Origin: Balanoglossus misakiensis
Lineage: Eukaryota; Animalia; Hemichordata
NCBI GenBank assembly: GCA_040954595.2
Contig: CM082582.2
Coordinates: 12,334,415-12,398,414 of the forward strand
Direction of reading: 5' to 3'
DNA: 64,000 bases
Shown: positions 1-14,928 of the stretch, piece by piece
Layout of the letters: every line of letters starts with the position of its first letter
How positions within the stretch are numbered: the first letter of the stretch is position 1
Notes under the pieces: generated by a model
Told to the model about the DNA's origin: nothing
The model's input: only the letters and a program-made list of their open reading frames with translations
Database searches by the model: none
Position numbers and translations under genes: made by a program

Positions 1-2354
1 CTTAATGGTGATGATATTTTCATAAGCGTAATTTTGACAGTGCCCATGAAGTTCAGTTTTAATGGTCTTGTGTGTGTACATCTGCGTTTGATTACCCCAC
101 CGTGCAGTACTTGCGCTTTCGTTCTTCTAAACCATATTGAAAACTATACGTGTGTTCTAGCACCACGTCAGTGAACCACGTATACAAACGTACATCGCAA
201 ATTGAATGAATTTGCCTTTTACTAGGGTTACAATTACAATTCAAGGATAGCATACTTCACAATTTTTCGCCGTGCTATTATGATATATTAAACTCATGCA
301 GCGACAGAACTGTATTCAGCTATAATCGATTGCACTCTTTGTAAATATTTAATTACGTTTTTCAATGCTTTTTTCGCTATTGCAACACCCCCTATAAATC
401 ATATCAAAGACTTGTATTTTAGTTTTACCTTGAACCACACTTTTTTGTGGCAAGTAATTGAATTTAACCATTAGTGTTGATGGTGGTAATACTATCCAGT
501 TAAATGCATGGAATTATGACAATATGTTGAAGACATCGTCAACTTTTGGTTTATTTCACGGGAACATTTCTTCCGCCATGACGAAGAATGCGATTGGTAT
601 TAGCTACCGAAAATCACTTCTTTTCATCACACTAATTACACTGTAGTCCTTTGCTCACACGCATTCATCGAGGTTTGCGCGTTTAGTTTTATTGGTCTTA
701 TCGAACAGGTTCAGTGAGGTTATTGCTTTTGCTTTGGGCACTTCCAGGATAAATCAATCATTCTCTTCATTTTTATCAGACCTTTGATGTCGCGATTTGT
801 GTACAAAGAGACATTTTAACATACATTTCACTTCCATGCTCATAAATCGACGTTAATAATGACGTTGCCTGGTTTTCGTGTGTATCATGTCATTGGGCGA
901 TGACGTCAGCGATTATCCTGATATTAACACCATTTCCCTAAGATTCATATCTTCTGGGGCTCTTTTCAACACGACAATATCCAGTGTCGATCGATACAAA
1001 CTATTTCGGATCATTGCAATCCACTGTCTCATTGCAGACGTAAATTGAAAAACTAATATCTATTAGTTGTCATGTTGTGCAACACGGGATAGCTAGTACC
1101 TTTTCTATGTATCCATACATGGTATAATTACAGTCTATTAGTTTTTCTCTCTCTAATGTAACAACTAATTAAAGTATCATTGGTCTGTGAAACGAATGCC
1201 AAGTAGAGAAATATGTAGATTCAAACGCAATAAATAGTTTTTTCTTCCCAATTAGACTTTTTCATCAAAATAGTATTAGTTTGCAAATGTCATCATGGGG
1301 AGTTTTCATTAAGGCTCATTTGCACTGTGATTAATCAACGGCTGTTTTTATTGCGGAACAAAACCAGTGAGGTTGTTTGGTATCATCATTCGAATGAATC
1401 TGTGGTGTTAGATTTGAGGAATAGTCCCTGCATTGTTTTTGAAATGCCAGTCCCGAATCCATCTACACTAAAAGACTTGCATATTGTCCAACATAAGTAT
1501 CACGATCATCATGTATTGTTTAAAGGGCTGCCATGCGATTATGTTTTGTGCTATCTGTATTGTTGTCATCAATAGGGTATTAGAACAAACAGGACTCTAA
1601 CAGGTGAATATTTTAAAATTGTCCTTGCTGAACGTTTGGAAGATGCCTTAGTGTTACTTCTGCAACTATCGTCTAATCAGCCCTTCGCCAGAAAAAGAGA
1701 AAATGTCAACCGAAAGGTTTCCATTAAAGGATGAGTCTTCTATAAAATGACAGGTCTTCAGACAGAACGGAAACAGCCAGTATTATTCTAATATCATTAA
1801 TAGACTGAGGTATATTATTTATTTTAATAGCATGACAATTTTAGTCAGCACTTCAGGAGACTTATGAGAAATAATGTAAGATTCACTAAAAGCATGGATA
1901 AGCGTAGAACAAGTAAATGCGTTTGGTCTGGTAGACATATGCCCAGGATTCCCTTTTTACACGAGAACTCTGTCTTTGAATATACATTCTTTTAATTTAA
2001 TTACGCTAGTAAATACTGATCCCAAAAGTTGAGAGTATGAAAGGATCTATCGTCAATATCCTTTGGGGGAAATGCTGATTAAATTACTTGAATATGCCCT
2101 GCATTCATGTATGGTATTTATTTGCTGTATTGATAATTGAAATAGTGTTGATTTGAACCGACCCAGTTGGTGTGAAACGGTGCTTGTAATTACAATTGTC
2201 AAATAGACTTTAACACAATTGTTCTGAACGGTTGAACCATGAAGAAGGGAACATGTGCTAATATTTCAAATTTGATGTTTTGAGACAACGTATAGATATC
2301 TACATATCTGCACAATTACAAAAGAACCATTGGTTTCAATGAAGAACCACTCAC

Positions 2355-3324
2355 CATTTCCTTTGGTAACACCTCGACTGGCCTTTAAGTTACGATACAG
2401 CTTGAATGTAACAAGGAAATATCCAATTGATAGGAATGCTCCCCAAAGAATGAAAATGGATGCGCAGATTACTAGAAGCACTTTCATCTCTGTGTACGCT
2501 GAGACAATCATATCTGCGCTGAGAACCAGAATGAAATGTCCAACGATGACGGGTAATAGGGTTGAAAATTTCTGAAATCTAGGCGGAGCAAGAGACATCT
2601 TTGTGGTATCTAGAAGCACAAGCAGAAGTGTACTGATAGCCGACGTTAGGGCGGGAAATCCAATGGACCACAATATCCGAGAAAGCTCTTCAGGCATACT
2701 GCTGTAAGCTCCATAGGGATTGATTGCAAGAGACAGGCATCGCGTGAGACACAGTAACATTGTCAGGAAGCTGAGACTTAGTGATAACACTCGTTTGCTG
2801 AGCGCTCGTTTGTCATTTAAATGGTAAATGAAAGAAGAGAGAGAATATAAGGCAGCCACTCCAAATATGAACGAGAATCCGATCACGTGAAGTCCCCAAG
2901 CACAATTCCACTGGGTGTAGGCTACGGACCAATTGGGGCCGGGCTCTGGCCAGCTTTCCCCCTCTGTCTCTGGTTCTGTGTCAGTGTCCCCCTCGGGTTC
3001 TGTCTCGGGTTCTGCCTCTGGTACAGTTTCTGGTTCAGACTCTGGGTCTCCCTCGCCTTCAGGTTCGGTACTTGCATCGCGTTTTGAAACCACTCTTGAA
3101 TCTTCTTCGTTTTCGCTCTTGCCGTTCACGCGATGATGGCTATTTCCATATATTTGGGCGATTTCGAAAACATTGAAGGAAAAATTATTCCTTGTGTCTA
3201 CGACATTCGCACTTGTCGATCGGCCTGAGTACGACTTGGAGTCCAGAACTATTCCGCCGTCGATGTGCATAACAATAAAAATAAAACTAGAAATAAAAAG
3301 ATACCTCCACCAAGGAATATTCAT
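2355..3324 (-). CDS. Proline-rich transmembrane protein 3/4-like (PRRT3/PRRT4 family), first coding exon; downstream exons not resolved
   Basis: ATG at 3324 (MNIPWWR) with hydrophobic signal-like N-terminus, acidic EPE/TEP repeats, WPEPGPNW..AWGLHVIGF motif, then several TM helices; G|GTGAGT donor at 2355/2354. Confidence 0.7.
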
Positions 3325-6300
3325 TTTCCTCGTCTTCAACAAGTAGACTGAACGTAGCGGATATGTCTTTTACACTGCACGCCGCGAAACATCATTTCCA
3401 CGATCGTTCCATTTCGGAAACAGTCAAATTTAGGAGAAATAAACTAAGCATGTCATCACCAGAAGCAGGCAACGCGCGAGAGCCTTGCAAAATGACGTCC
3501 ACACTAATGTACTACACGTAGCTCGATGACGTAGTGCATATTGGTATGAAGAGAATGGTAATTGACACCCCACAAGAAGTTGAATATTTCAGTCACGTGA
3601 ACGGACACGGCACCATTGTCCACGCATTCACAACTTCTTTTCTGTTGAGGGAAAACGAACAAATATTACCATGATTGTCCAATTACCACATGTCCATCTG
3701 ATCAGACAATCTCGTTATGCAAATGAACCTGTCCCCCAGTTATTCTTTGCATAGCCATTGGCCAAATTTATCTGCCAATTAAACACAAATGGCAACCTGG
3801 TGTGACGTAATTGCTTTACCTATAAACTTTCTGTTTGTTCCAACGTTTTTAATTAACGACACAAAATTAGATTTACCAGTGAGTGATAGTGCGATCCGCC
3901 ACTCTGATAAAACTCCAGTCAACAATACTCATGATATACCGGTATACACTCGACGCAATTTTAGACTAAAGACATACCCTGCAACCATGATTACTTACAA
4001 TACTCCAGTTGAGAGAATTATCGCAATATCCACCAGCTGTGCAGAACACTTAGTGGAGATAAACTGGATTTTATCTCATGCCACAGGGCGAAATAATTGA
4101 CACAAATTTTATTTCTCTCTTACGCAATTCTAGATAGTCATTAACCTACACAAATTTCTTGATTATAACAATCTGAGCAAGCCACTCAACAAACAATCAA
4201 TTTACTTTGAAAGTATAGACATGTGTATATACATCTAATAATAGACAGCCAGATAGATTGATATAGATATTTTGAATAGAATATTAATGAGATATTTTCA
4301 GTAATTGTGTTATCATTGGAATACCCTGCACCAACTGATTCTGGCCAAAACCTCTTCCATATATTTGACCCGTACAGTACTTTTCACATTATTCGCATCT
4401 TACACTGCGTTAACCCCAACGAGACATATGTTGCTAAATTTAGCATTTGCAGTTCATTCGAATAGTATACATGTACATGTACCATATTGTAGTACCATAT
4501 TGAGTTTTTCAATTGAAACAATAAGCGCACTGAAACGTTTGAAATAACCGAAGGCCGTCAAACAATCTGTCAGAACATTAACAACCAAAGACCTTCAGTG
4601 GTATTGGAGTTAATATGTTTCATTTTCTGACCCATGGCAACCACTACATCACTTTTACTGCAATTCCCATTTGAGAAAAACCTGTTGATCCCACAAGAAC
4701 AGTACTTATGCGTTTCCATGCAGTGGTCAGGATGTTCAATAATGTCTGTGTGGTCTGATTTAGATTAGGTATGCTATTGTAGAATATAAAATAAGAAATT
4801 ATACAGGCAGACAGTTTATGATCACACAAAATAGTGGCTGTATATACCGGTATACAGATACCCACATATTGGATGGACAAAATATCAGTTTTCTCATCCT
4901 TTTAAACGACCTAACAACATGAATCCCAATTTCGTGTGATTTTCCCACAAGAGTAGTTTCAGGTTTATGTCCAAACAGGTCAATTTGGAACCAGCGGAAC
5001 GTGCTTCTCGTGTTGAGAATCCTGAAGACCTACACACTACGTGATGGACCTCACATAATTCCCGAGATTCTGCTTCAATCTGTGAACTCCATCTGTTCAT
5101 TCTCATGTCTGTCATGAATAGAGGCTTCAGTCTTTCTCGATGCAATTGTGGTCATACTTTTCTTGCTTAATATTAGTAAATTCCGTACCATAGTAACATG
5201 CTAACATTATATTATTAGTTCGCCACCGAATAGGATTGACGGCCGGTGCAAAGCTTTATTTTTTATTGATCAGGCACATTCGATTTAAACGCTCTAAAGA
5301 TCATGGAGATTAGAGAAAGTAGGAAATCCTCTTGCTTCAAATATTAATAGTAAAAAAGATGGAGCTAAGATTTCTATTCTATCATTTACTATTGCTCGCA
5401 GAATTTCTGTATACTGACGATCATTTTTGTATACTGACGATTACATGCATAATTTACTGTTACCTATGGGATTTTTCACATGAAAACGCATTGTGGAGTT
5501 GCTATAGACATTTCAGTGCAGTTTGAGAAAAGGGGAATGTCTCAAGAGGATTCCTTATGTACTGAACGCGAACATAAACCTCTGATAAACTGTATCTGTT
5601 GAGAGTGTTATCAAAGTCAGGGACATACATTGAAAATGGCATTTCAAATCTACACCAAGCTGAAAGATCACTATTACAACCCTACTCCCTAGACAGAATA
5701 CTATTTAAAAAAACGTGTTGCAACCTTTACTTTGCCGATGCCATTATGTTGTAAACATACTGTTCTCAATATGCACAAGTGTAAACACACTCACTTTAGT
5801 CAAGATAAATACATACACCATTATTTGTACCGTCCAATTAAGACCGAGTTTGTTTAAATTGTGTAATATGTTTGACACCACTTACCTTTAAGGGCCGTAT
5901 CTCCATTTTTCTGCAATATATCGCCGTACCCGTTCAACAACACACACAGCTTCCATAGCAACGTCACATATCACAGGAAAATGTTATTAACTTGGTAAGG
6001 TTTTGAAGACTTGTCAACACTTTTTGTCAGAGCAGAGGGATTATGTAATTACAAACAATCTGAACGGTTGTCATTTCGGTTTATAACAGTTGATGACGTC
6101 AATCGTTGCGTAATTATTGCATACGGGAGCCGTTCAACGACCTTACATTCTGTAGTTGGGGTAATGAAACAAAATGGGTCTGGACTCCAATAAGTTTCCT
6201 TTTAATGACGATCAATTCAGAAGTGAAATCGAATAACCGATAGTCGGTCTTACATTAATACATAGTTACGCCAGGGCCGGCCTGTTATTTCACCAAGGTA

Positions 6301-7785
6301 ACAAGCGACTGTGCATTCCTGTCGTGTGGTGTATTTCTCTGATGCAGTATCACATCAAAATTATACAGGGCTGAGGGAGTCAATGAATTAGGAATGTCTA
6401 AAATGCAAATGTTTCTGTCGTTGGGGGCGAAGCGCTTATATCTACACCACGTACGTGAAACAATACCGCCTCAGGATATTGAACGAACGGTTTGGACATC
6501 ATCAGAACAAGTTATTTTTAAAAAGTCTCGTTTGATTCTGACAAATGATGCTACAATTGTACCTTTCGTTGTTGACAACATGGACTGGTCGTCCCCCACC
6601 CCTCCCCGTGAATTTGCAAGTGTCATATACCATACAGCCCTTTGACAGCTGAGATAAAATTCATTCTCGCTTGCCAGAGCTGTTATGTAACATCTAATTC
6701 ACGATGCTTTGTAAAATTCTTGATGGCATAGACTCAATATTGTTGCCGTTAAAGGAACTGAAGTTAACGACGATACCAAAAGGTTACGTTCACGAATGTG
6801 TATATAAAAGCTCTTTATTAATTGGCACACATTGCTATGCTAACACTCATATGTTGAGGTTGTACTTCTATTCACAACATAACACACTGGACACACTGAA
6901 TGGACGGCTAAATTATCTAGGCAAACAACGAGATAATGGTATCTTTGCCAATTAGCTTTGAGAATTGTATGACTATAGCTGCTGTTTTAAAGTTTCAAAA
7001 CACGTCAAATAATAAAAGAGGTCTCTTCACTCTAACAGGAAGATAAATATCGTGTATATATGAATGAATGTATGCATTGATAAAGGCCAATAACTACTGC
7101 ATACAAGCTAACATAATAGGAAATTATTAGTACTGTCGATTGACCACAAACTCGGATGGATTTTCATAAACAAGTCTTCGTGCAAATTGTTACCAAATAT
7201 CGAAAATATCTGCAGCATACAAACTATCGTTGTCTTTGTCAATGTTCACACAGTGCTTTGTTTTCCTCCGATGCAATGTTCCATCTACCCGGTATACGGT
7301 ATGCTCCATCCATATACTTATATGTCAAATGTGTATCCCCGTCATCCGTACAGTTAATTTATCACGCATGATTGTATCAAGATAAAGCAGTTGGATTTCG
7401 CAGGTCCATAGTTTTCATGAAACGTCGCAGAGAGCCGAATACTCTGATTAATGGAAAAGGCCTTGCAGCTGCAACCTAATTTGTTCCCGCTGGGTGCAAC
7501 ACAGCGTCATCTAGAGAATGCCGGGGGAATCTTTTGTTTATGTACACCCAAGATGAGCAAGCATCAATCCCAGAAGACCGAGAAAAAGCGTCACTGTGTT
7601 TCCTTTATCAGCACCTGTGTATGTAGTTCAAGAAAAGAGGATGCATAAAAAATCAGATGTTTCAACTTGGTAGGCTACATATTCTATAGTTCAAATCTGA
7701 CCCGGCAATTCCAACGTGTGGGTTTCTCATCACCACTCGCAACCTTGCCATGACAAAACATTAAGATATATTCTTTCTTGCTTAC

Positions 7786-8607
7786 CAGCCTTTGATCGGT
7801 TTTGGCAATTGGTTGGTTCATCGCTCCCGTCTGAACACTGGAAATCGCCATTACACTCAACGTCTGTCGTCATGCATTTGCCATCGGTTAAACACTGGAA
7901 ATCCCCTTCTGTCGGACAGGTGCCTGTAACAGAAAAAATCGAAAATGACATAAAGACGTCACAAGTTGTTTTTCACTCTCTTCAAAGGCTTTCTACAGTC
8001 ATTATAAAGCCCTCAGTGGTGACTTTCAAGGTCTATGGGTTTAGTTATATCTGGTGGTGGTTGTGGTTATAGTGGTGACGACGAAGAAGGTTGTTGTTGT
8101 TGGTGGTGGTGGTGGTGGTGTCCTTTTCTATTCCATATTCTACTCTATTCTATATCCGAACGTATTTCTACAAAGCGGCAACGATATTATACGTACCGTC
8201 CTGCAGAGCTTCTTCATAAGGTGTTATGACGAGTTTGAAACCGTTACCCTCGTTGTCTGCTCCATTTGTCTTAAGTCGCACGGCAATCTCGTTGCCTGTC
8301 GATTTGTAATAATTGGGCAGTGACAGAGAATCACCGCAAATTCCATAACCATGTCCGATCAAAAGATGATCAGCGTCTGCGACCACGCCGTCGTAGATGA
8401 GGAGCGCATCGTTGACACATTGGGAGGAAAACTCAAGGTCCATGCTGAGAATACGAAGAAAGAGTTTCTTGTTTGCGTCAGTTCTGAAGCCTATGGTACA
8501 GTCGACGTCCATAGGATAGGACGGCGGATCGCCTTGAACTGATGTGGTTATTCTGTACTGGTCGCCGTGTTCCACGATGAACCCGCATTGTTGGCCTGGA
8601 ATTGTGT
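7786..8607 (-). CDS. CUB domain + LDL-receptor class A domain protein (internal exons 8607-8197 and 7923-7786)
   Basis: CUB motifs (YPMDVDC, DLEFSSQCVNDALLIYDG, ICG, GFKL) spliced in phase 1 to LDLa CPTEGDFQC..GKC....CNGDFQCSDGSDEPTNC; canonical AG/GT sites; first and last exons not found. Confidence 0.75.
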
Positions 8608-11600
8608 CTGTGAAAATGGAAACAATGGAAACATGGTAAAGGCTTCGTTTTGCCCATCAGAAAAAAACACACACATAGACCTAAGTAATTTGTTGAGACA
8701 TTATATCCTTCAATCATGCTGATCTATAGTTTGGATACAACGAAAAACAATCGGCAACATCGGCGAGCCACTCCTTGAATACAGACTGAAATTTGATGAA
8801 TTTTGTCCAAGTACACTGTATGGGAGAAACTCAGAAATTGGGAGTTTTATGATTGCGCTCAATTTCTTATCCTTTCATCTTTAATTTACCACAACGTCAA
8901 AATCAGTGTAAACCGGGTTATCAACACTTCAAATGTTAGAAACCGGACGCGTCACATGTGTATGATACGATTGAAAGTGCCTATACTACCTGAATGGAGT
9001 AGTGTGATGTAATCTCGTTTCTATAGCAACTTTAGTGTCATGCCAGATTGTGACTGTTGATACAAATCAATGAGACACTCTGCCTAACGACAAAATGATA
9101 CGTGACAACAGAAAAGTTCCAGTATTAAGAGAAAGGAAACATTTTAAATACGAATATGATTATTCTGTTTAGCATTTTAACAGAATAATTGTCGAACATA
9201 ACGTGAACGTAATTGGCGCAATACAGCGCGAGTGGCAGCGGAGGCTAGCCATAACTTATCGAAATTTCCTGACGAGTAATGAAGTCTCATTAGGGCATTG
9301 ATTGCCAGCCAGACTTTCATCAAAGCCGGCTGGAAAAAATTTGATACAGTAGTGTAGATGGGGCGTACTCTGCCTGGTCATTAACCCACAGAGAGTCTAT
9401 TTTACCCGAGGCAGTTGTTGTTGATGCTCCGTGAACAGAAAAACTTTGCTGTAGGCAGGATTGTGAGCTCTCATGCAAGACAGTGTTCAAACATAAAAAA
9501 CAACCACGAATACTCGCATAGTTTGATCAGTTTTACTAAAAAAAGTAGGTAACTTTTTGTATTACGGATCCCTTGTTTCACTGAATATCTTGACAGGATC
9601 CGATGATCAGCCTATATCATGACAATAATTTTCAAAGGCCGTGTTCAAAATAGCATATGGACCGAGCTTAGAATCCTAAATTGTCTCCATTTTCAAATGT
9701 TCAATACTGCGTCATTGGCCCATATGCCTTTTGTGTTTACATTACACTAGACAACACAAGTTGTGATTCACGTCTGATCTTTGACCCACACATTATTATG
9801 CTCGGCATCACTTGGAAGAAGCGTGCGTGACCTGAACTCGCCGACAGTGTCGACCTGTCTTCACTGGCAGTCATTTTGAAAAAGAACGGCCCAGGCTAAC
9901 AGGAGACGTTGGCAGAAAGATATCAGCGGCTACCCATGTTAATATCATGATAGCTACATACCGGTACATGTAGACGTGTGTTGTGTTATTTCAACTGATA
10001 AAACCAAAAACCAGTAAGGCATAAAGCTGAGATTGCACAAATCGTCCTTGGTCAGTGAGAGTCCTTGTCCAAACGATTAATCAGTCTATCAATGTCGAGT
10101 TCAAAAACCGAGCACCTCTGTCATTTGGCACGAAATTCGTCAAGGTTATATACCTATCATTTTTACAAGTCTACCCTCAAGCAGGGAATGAGGGCTTGAT
10201 GCACGATGATTTTATACTATTACAGCAGCGCCGAATCTTCCGAAATCGTATATGCTATAGCAAAAATACGAACAGGAATACTCACAATCAATCATTTCAG
10301 CCGCGTCGGCGAGTCTGTACAACCAGACCAACAGAAAAGAACTGAATGCTCCCCTGAAATTCATGGTGGTTTGTCTGAAGTCAGTGAAAGTTACTGTTTG
10401 TCACTCGAGCGGCAGGTTCCCGCAGTCTGCAACCTTCCGACAGATAAAGGTTATGTTGAAAAACGTGGGGAAACATGTAATGCACTGGGTCTCATCTGCA
10501 TATGTATAGCATATACAAACTGAGCATAATGATGTGTGTAGGTCGTGGATTTCAATGACTTCTCTGTCAAGGCAACTATTGTGTCCGGATTGAGCAACAG
10601 AAGTGTCACCTCTACAGGTTCATCATTAGTCTGTTTATTACCAGTTTGAAACGGCCAGGGGTTTGAAAACGCAAAATTTATTCAAGACCTTGCTATTTGA
10701 CGACGTATATGAACAATGACAAGGCAGAAGGTCTGAGTGGAAGGTACCATAGCAACCGTGTGTGGTACATACTGCTTCCGGCAGGCCGGCTAACATACTA
10801 TTCATAGCCACGCATGCGTGTATTGGCATCACCGTCGTCGTATAATAATAAGCTTTGCTTTACTAAAAGGATGACCTACAGTCCGAACAGCCCTTACAAA
10901 AGGTATTCAGACAGATTTGTCATGTATAATAGTGAACAGCGGCAGGTAGAATGCGTCCAATCCGGACATCTGGTTTACACTATCTGCTGAGCTTGCGCCA
11001 TTTTCCATGATAGAAAACCCCTAAACACATTTAGAAAACAGAGAAAAATACTCATTTCCGAAAGAAGTGATTCACTTTCAGCCAATTAAAATTAGATATC
11101 ACCCATTAACTAAATATCAAAGCGTAATAAAAGTCCAGAGAACATTTAAACTCAATAGTCGACTTTCACATTGAAGATTTAGATCAAATTAAGTTTAACG
11201 AATGTCATACCATTTCTCTCTTCTCTCTGTGAACTATGTTACCCTCGAAATACTGGCCATAAAAAGCGTTGCCCCTGTACATAAATCCCTTGACACTACA
11301 TGCTCTTGTTGGAACAAGCATGATCTTGTTTAGTATCGATCGATATCTGTAAAGTTTCAAAGAGCTTTGAAGGACCTCCGGGCCCGGACACATGTTAAGG
11401 GACACGATAGGAACAATGGTGAATATAAGGATTACACCAAAGCTTTAGTTGCCTTTTGTTGAAAAGCATTGCTCTAAAAGTATCGATGAAAGCGTACGTG
11501 TATACAGAAGTGCGTCAATAGTTTTACAAGGGCACCATTTTTGAAAATCTTTCTTGGGGTTGAATAGTCGTTCCACATCTGTGGGCAAGAAGGGTTGCAC

Positions 11601-12162
11601 TTTTGTTGAAATCCAATTATGCGTGACAAAACACCCACCACTTAAAATTCGTGTTTCTCGTCACGGTTGTCATATTAAATAAGTAGATAAATTGATGGAT
11701 TCGATAACCAAAAACGATGGCATTAATTTTGGCAAATATCTGGTCTTCTTCATTTGGTGATCTTTGATAACCCAGGCAAGTATAATGCCTCTTAGACCAA
11801 ATTGGGTGCGATTATCTTGAAACCTTAACCTTCTGGATGTACGCCACAGGTGTTGTGTCGGAATTACCTTACATTTCAGTGATATTAGGTGGGCCAAAAT
11901 ATTTAAAAATTATATTACAAGACAGAATAACCGAGTTGGTTTGAATATGAGGGCATTTATTGTATAAACAAGTAGGAAAACTTGAATAATAAATATGCAG
12001 TCAAATTAGAACCAATCTCTGTCATAAGATGCCCAGTATCAGTGACATCATAGACAAATGTACAATAATTTTAGTTCGGTGGAACCTGAGCTACAATCTG
12101 TATGACTACATTGCCGCAAAATATTCTCTCCATTCATATGTGATGGCTTTGATGGGCGTAGA

Positions 12163-12370
12163 TTATTCATTACCAAATTTAGCCGTCTTGTTGTTGATTG
12201 GTCGGCTCATGAACCGATCTGATTTTCTGTACGCCGTGATTGCCGGCAAAGCCTGTTTGGGGGAGAAACAAAAAAATAATGACGTAGTTAAAGGGTTGTT
12301 TACAAAATATTGAACTCCCTGGGAAGGGTGTTAGAAAAATACTTCTTTGTGTAATAAACAACAATCGATA

Positions 12371-12423
<53 letters not shown>

Positions 12424-14928
12424 CTGTATTCTAAGGGTATACTAACCTCAAATCTGGCCATCAGTTCCTGGCAAAAAAATAAAGCATATGTTAAGAAACT
12501 AGTAATACAAGACACATGCAAGACATTCACCAGACAGCGATTAATAGCCAAGTTTCTAACAAAAGCTACTCAAGGAATAACTTTTTTATTAAAATTTCGA
12601 TTCAAGTTTAATTAACATTAAATTATTTACAGTAATACTGTGAAAATATTATGCAGTAACTGTAAAACGTGACTTGGCTGGCCTTCTATATCAGACAGTA
12701 GAGGGCGCGCTCTTCGAATCGCTAAATGGATATACATGTACTAGGCTTTACTTACTTGAAAGTTCTTATAAGGGGCCAGTAAGTTCGAATCGACTTCACG
12801 AAGTTGGTCCAACAACTCGTACATGACAAAATCAACATATGTTATCTGAAAAACAAGGACGTCACCATGCCAAAATCATTGGTTTTTCAAGTATTTGAGA
12901 TAAGGTTGTCAGTTTATAATGTTAGTGAATAATTGTGTTAAAACGTTATCTGAGAATAAAAGCTGTCAATAGTGAACATTACTTTATGAGAACATGGCTC
13001 TTTTCCAGGACATTATATTAAAAACACTCCAAGACAAGTTTAGCTTACATTTTGACCTGCAAACCACTGGTTTCCACCGAGAAAGGCGGAGATTTCTTTC
13101 AGCATGCCGGCAACACTGTTCAAGAAGCCTGCTTTCAGCTCTTCCTATAAATAAATGAAATAAATTTGAATCCATTGGCTGTCCTGTAATATATCCATTT
13201 TATGCGTTATTTTAATCTGTCGACGGTCAAACCATGACATTAGGTTTGGATCTAATGTCAGTTTTGACGTGCATGGAAAGCAGACAGGTCATTGCCTAAT
13301 ACTCCATTTCTTGGAATGTATTGATCTTACAATACAACATTCCATTACTCATGGTTTGCCATGGCAGAAATGTCAATGAGAACCCTAATACCTTACCCAT
13401 TTTGGATTGTAGAAATGTCTGACCATTAGGTTTCGCATATCCATTGCCTGTTCAGTCATCATATCAACACGTACAATTTCCTCATCCGAGGAACCCACTG
13501 TAAGGAGAAAATGAGGAGACTATCAATAACAAGTTAGGATTATGAGGTCTTGGATATACAATCGGAAGACACAATTATGCAGTAGTTTACAATTTCGTTT
13601 GAATAACTCATACTTACTTAGATTTGCCTTGCGTGCCAGATACTTCAATATGGCATTACTTTGCGACAGTTTGACGTCACCATCGAACATATAGGGCAAC
13701 TGTGAAATGATCGTAAATAGAACTTGAAATACGTTTGCGTGTATTGATCAAACTCAACTGTACAGTTCGTGAGTATGGTTTTTTTCACTTGTTGCAACAA
13801 TATAATTGACATGGCTTGGAGAATTATATGTAGAATTGATTTTTTAGTAGTCTGGTAAAATATAACTAACTAGTAAAAGTCCTATACAGAAAGATCTAGG
13901 GATCTAACAGGACAAAAATCTTACATTTGGGAATGCAAGTCCTAGGGTGTGTTTTGCATTAAGCCAACTGTCTTTGTTGTAGTCAGGCGCTGAAATAAAA
14001 AATGACCAAGACAATCACTAGTGTAATTGGCGCGATATGGAGTTTTGTTCGTTACTACTAGTATCAAACTAACTTTATTACGTAATACCAGAAGCGTACG
14101 CGTAATGCGCATGTCAAAATCTGACTTACCTGGTCCACACTCGTACTTTGTTTCTTTGTATTCTATTCCTGCATATTCAAGAAGGTATCGGATCGGTTGC
14201 GCCAACTGTCAAGATCAAACATGGCCAAACCAAATTGTGAATTAGTTGATTAAGAGGCGAGTATAGCTACAGTGCCAGGGCCACTTCTAAAGATATCAAG
14301 CAGCCTGCATTTATCAGTGGCGTACGTGTTTGTGGTACATTTTCCCAGGCACGAGCGTTTGTGTGGTGGAGGGCGGTTACGGCAAAGCCATAAATCAAAC
14401 TGTCCACTCGACGCTCGTTGGAAATACCATGGTCGTTCAGACTGGTTATATAGCCGCTTTGTGGTCGAGTGGTCCCCGCCCCAGAAAATGGCGTCTGTAA
14501 GGCCGTTGACCTTACAGACGGCCTCGCTACATCATTGCCAGAGTGTCGAGTTATGGTCAAGTCGCGTTGTTTACATGGCGATTGCTGTGTAAACAACGCC
14601 CACGTGTCTCTCGTTATAGTAGGGCCTGAGCCTCTCATGGCCGATACTCTCCACACCAATAGGGCTACCATGCATGCTAAAGGATCAAGTTACGTATTAA
14701 AGTGACACTAATCATTCATGGACTGATTGTCGACGAACAACTCGATGGCAAAGGCGGTCACATGCGTAGCACACTTTGGTGGTTAACTAGATTATAACCT
14801 AGTAAGTTGACCACCAAAGTGTGCCACGCGTGAAGCATACTCAGCATCTGTGATCAGTGGAGTCGCAGCACTGCGTGTATACCTATACTTACGCCACGAA
14901 TTTTCCAGTAAGCTAATTCGACTGGCAT
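12163..14928 (-). CDS. GSTM: Glutathione S-transferase, Mu class, copy 1 (9 exons, 218 aa)
   Basis: Exons 14928-14893, 14205-14130, 13989-13925, 13699-13618, 13497-13397, 13144-13049, 12845-12756, 12467-12447, 12252-12163 sum to 657 nt; motifs YWKIRGLAQPIR, FPNLPY, SQSNAIL, WFAG. Confidence 0.93.
12371..12423. repeat. (AATC)n microsatellite in GST copy 1 last intron
   Basis: About 13 tandem AATC units read directly. Confidence 0.95.
14761..14832. repeat. Inverted repeat / hairpin (28-bp arms, 16-nt loop) in GST copy 1 intron 1
   Basis: catgcgtagcacactttggtggttaact (14761-14788) vs reverse complement of 14805-14832 cacgcgtggcacactttggtggtcaact: 25/28 match. Confidence 0.85.

Noticed and set aside
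8035-8170. Thr/Pro-rich or poly-W/V/G ORFs next to the CUB exon
   Set aside because: Low-complexity (GGT)n sequence inside the 8196-7924 intron; CUB and LDLa exons join in phase without it
14267-14705. GC-richer block with overlapping ORFs in GST intron 1, possible transposon
   Set aside because: No terminal inverted repeats, target-site duplication or transposase motif identifiable by eye
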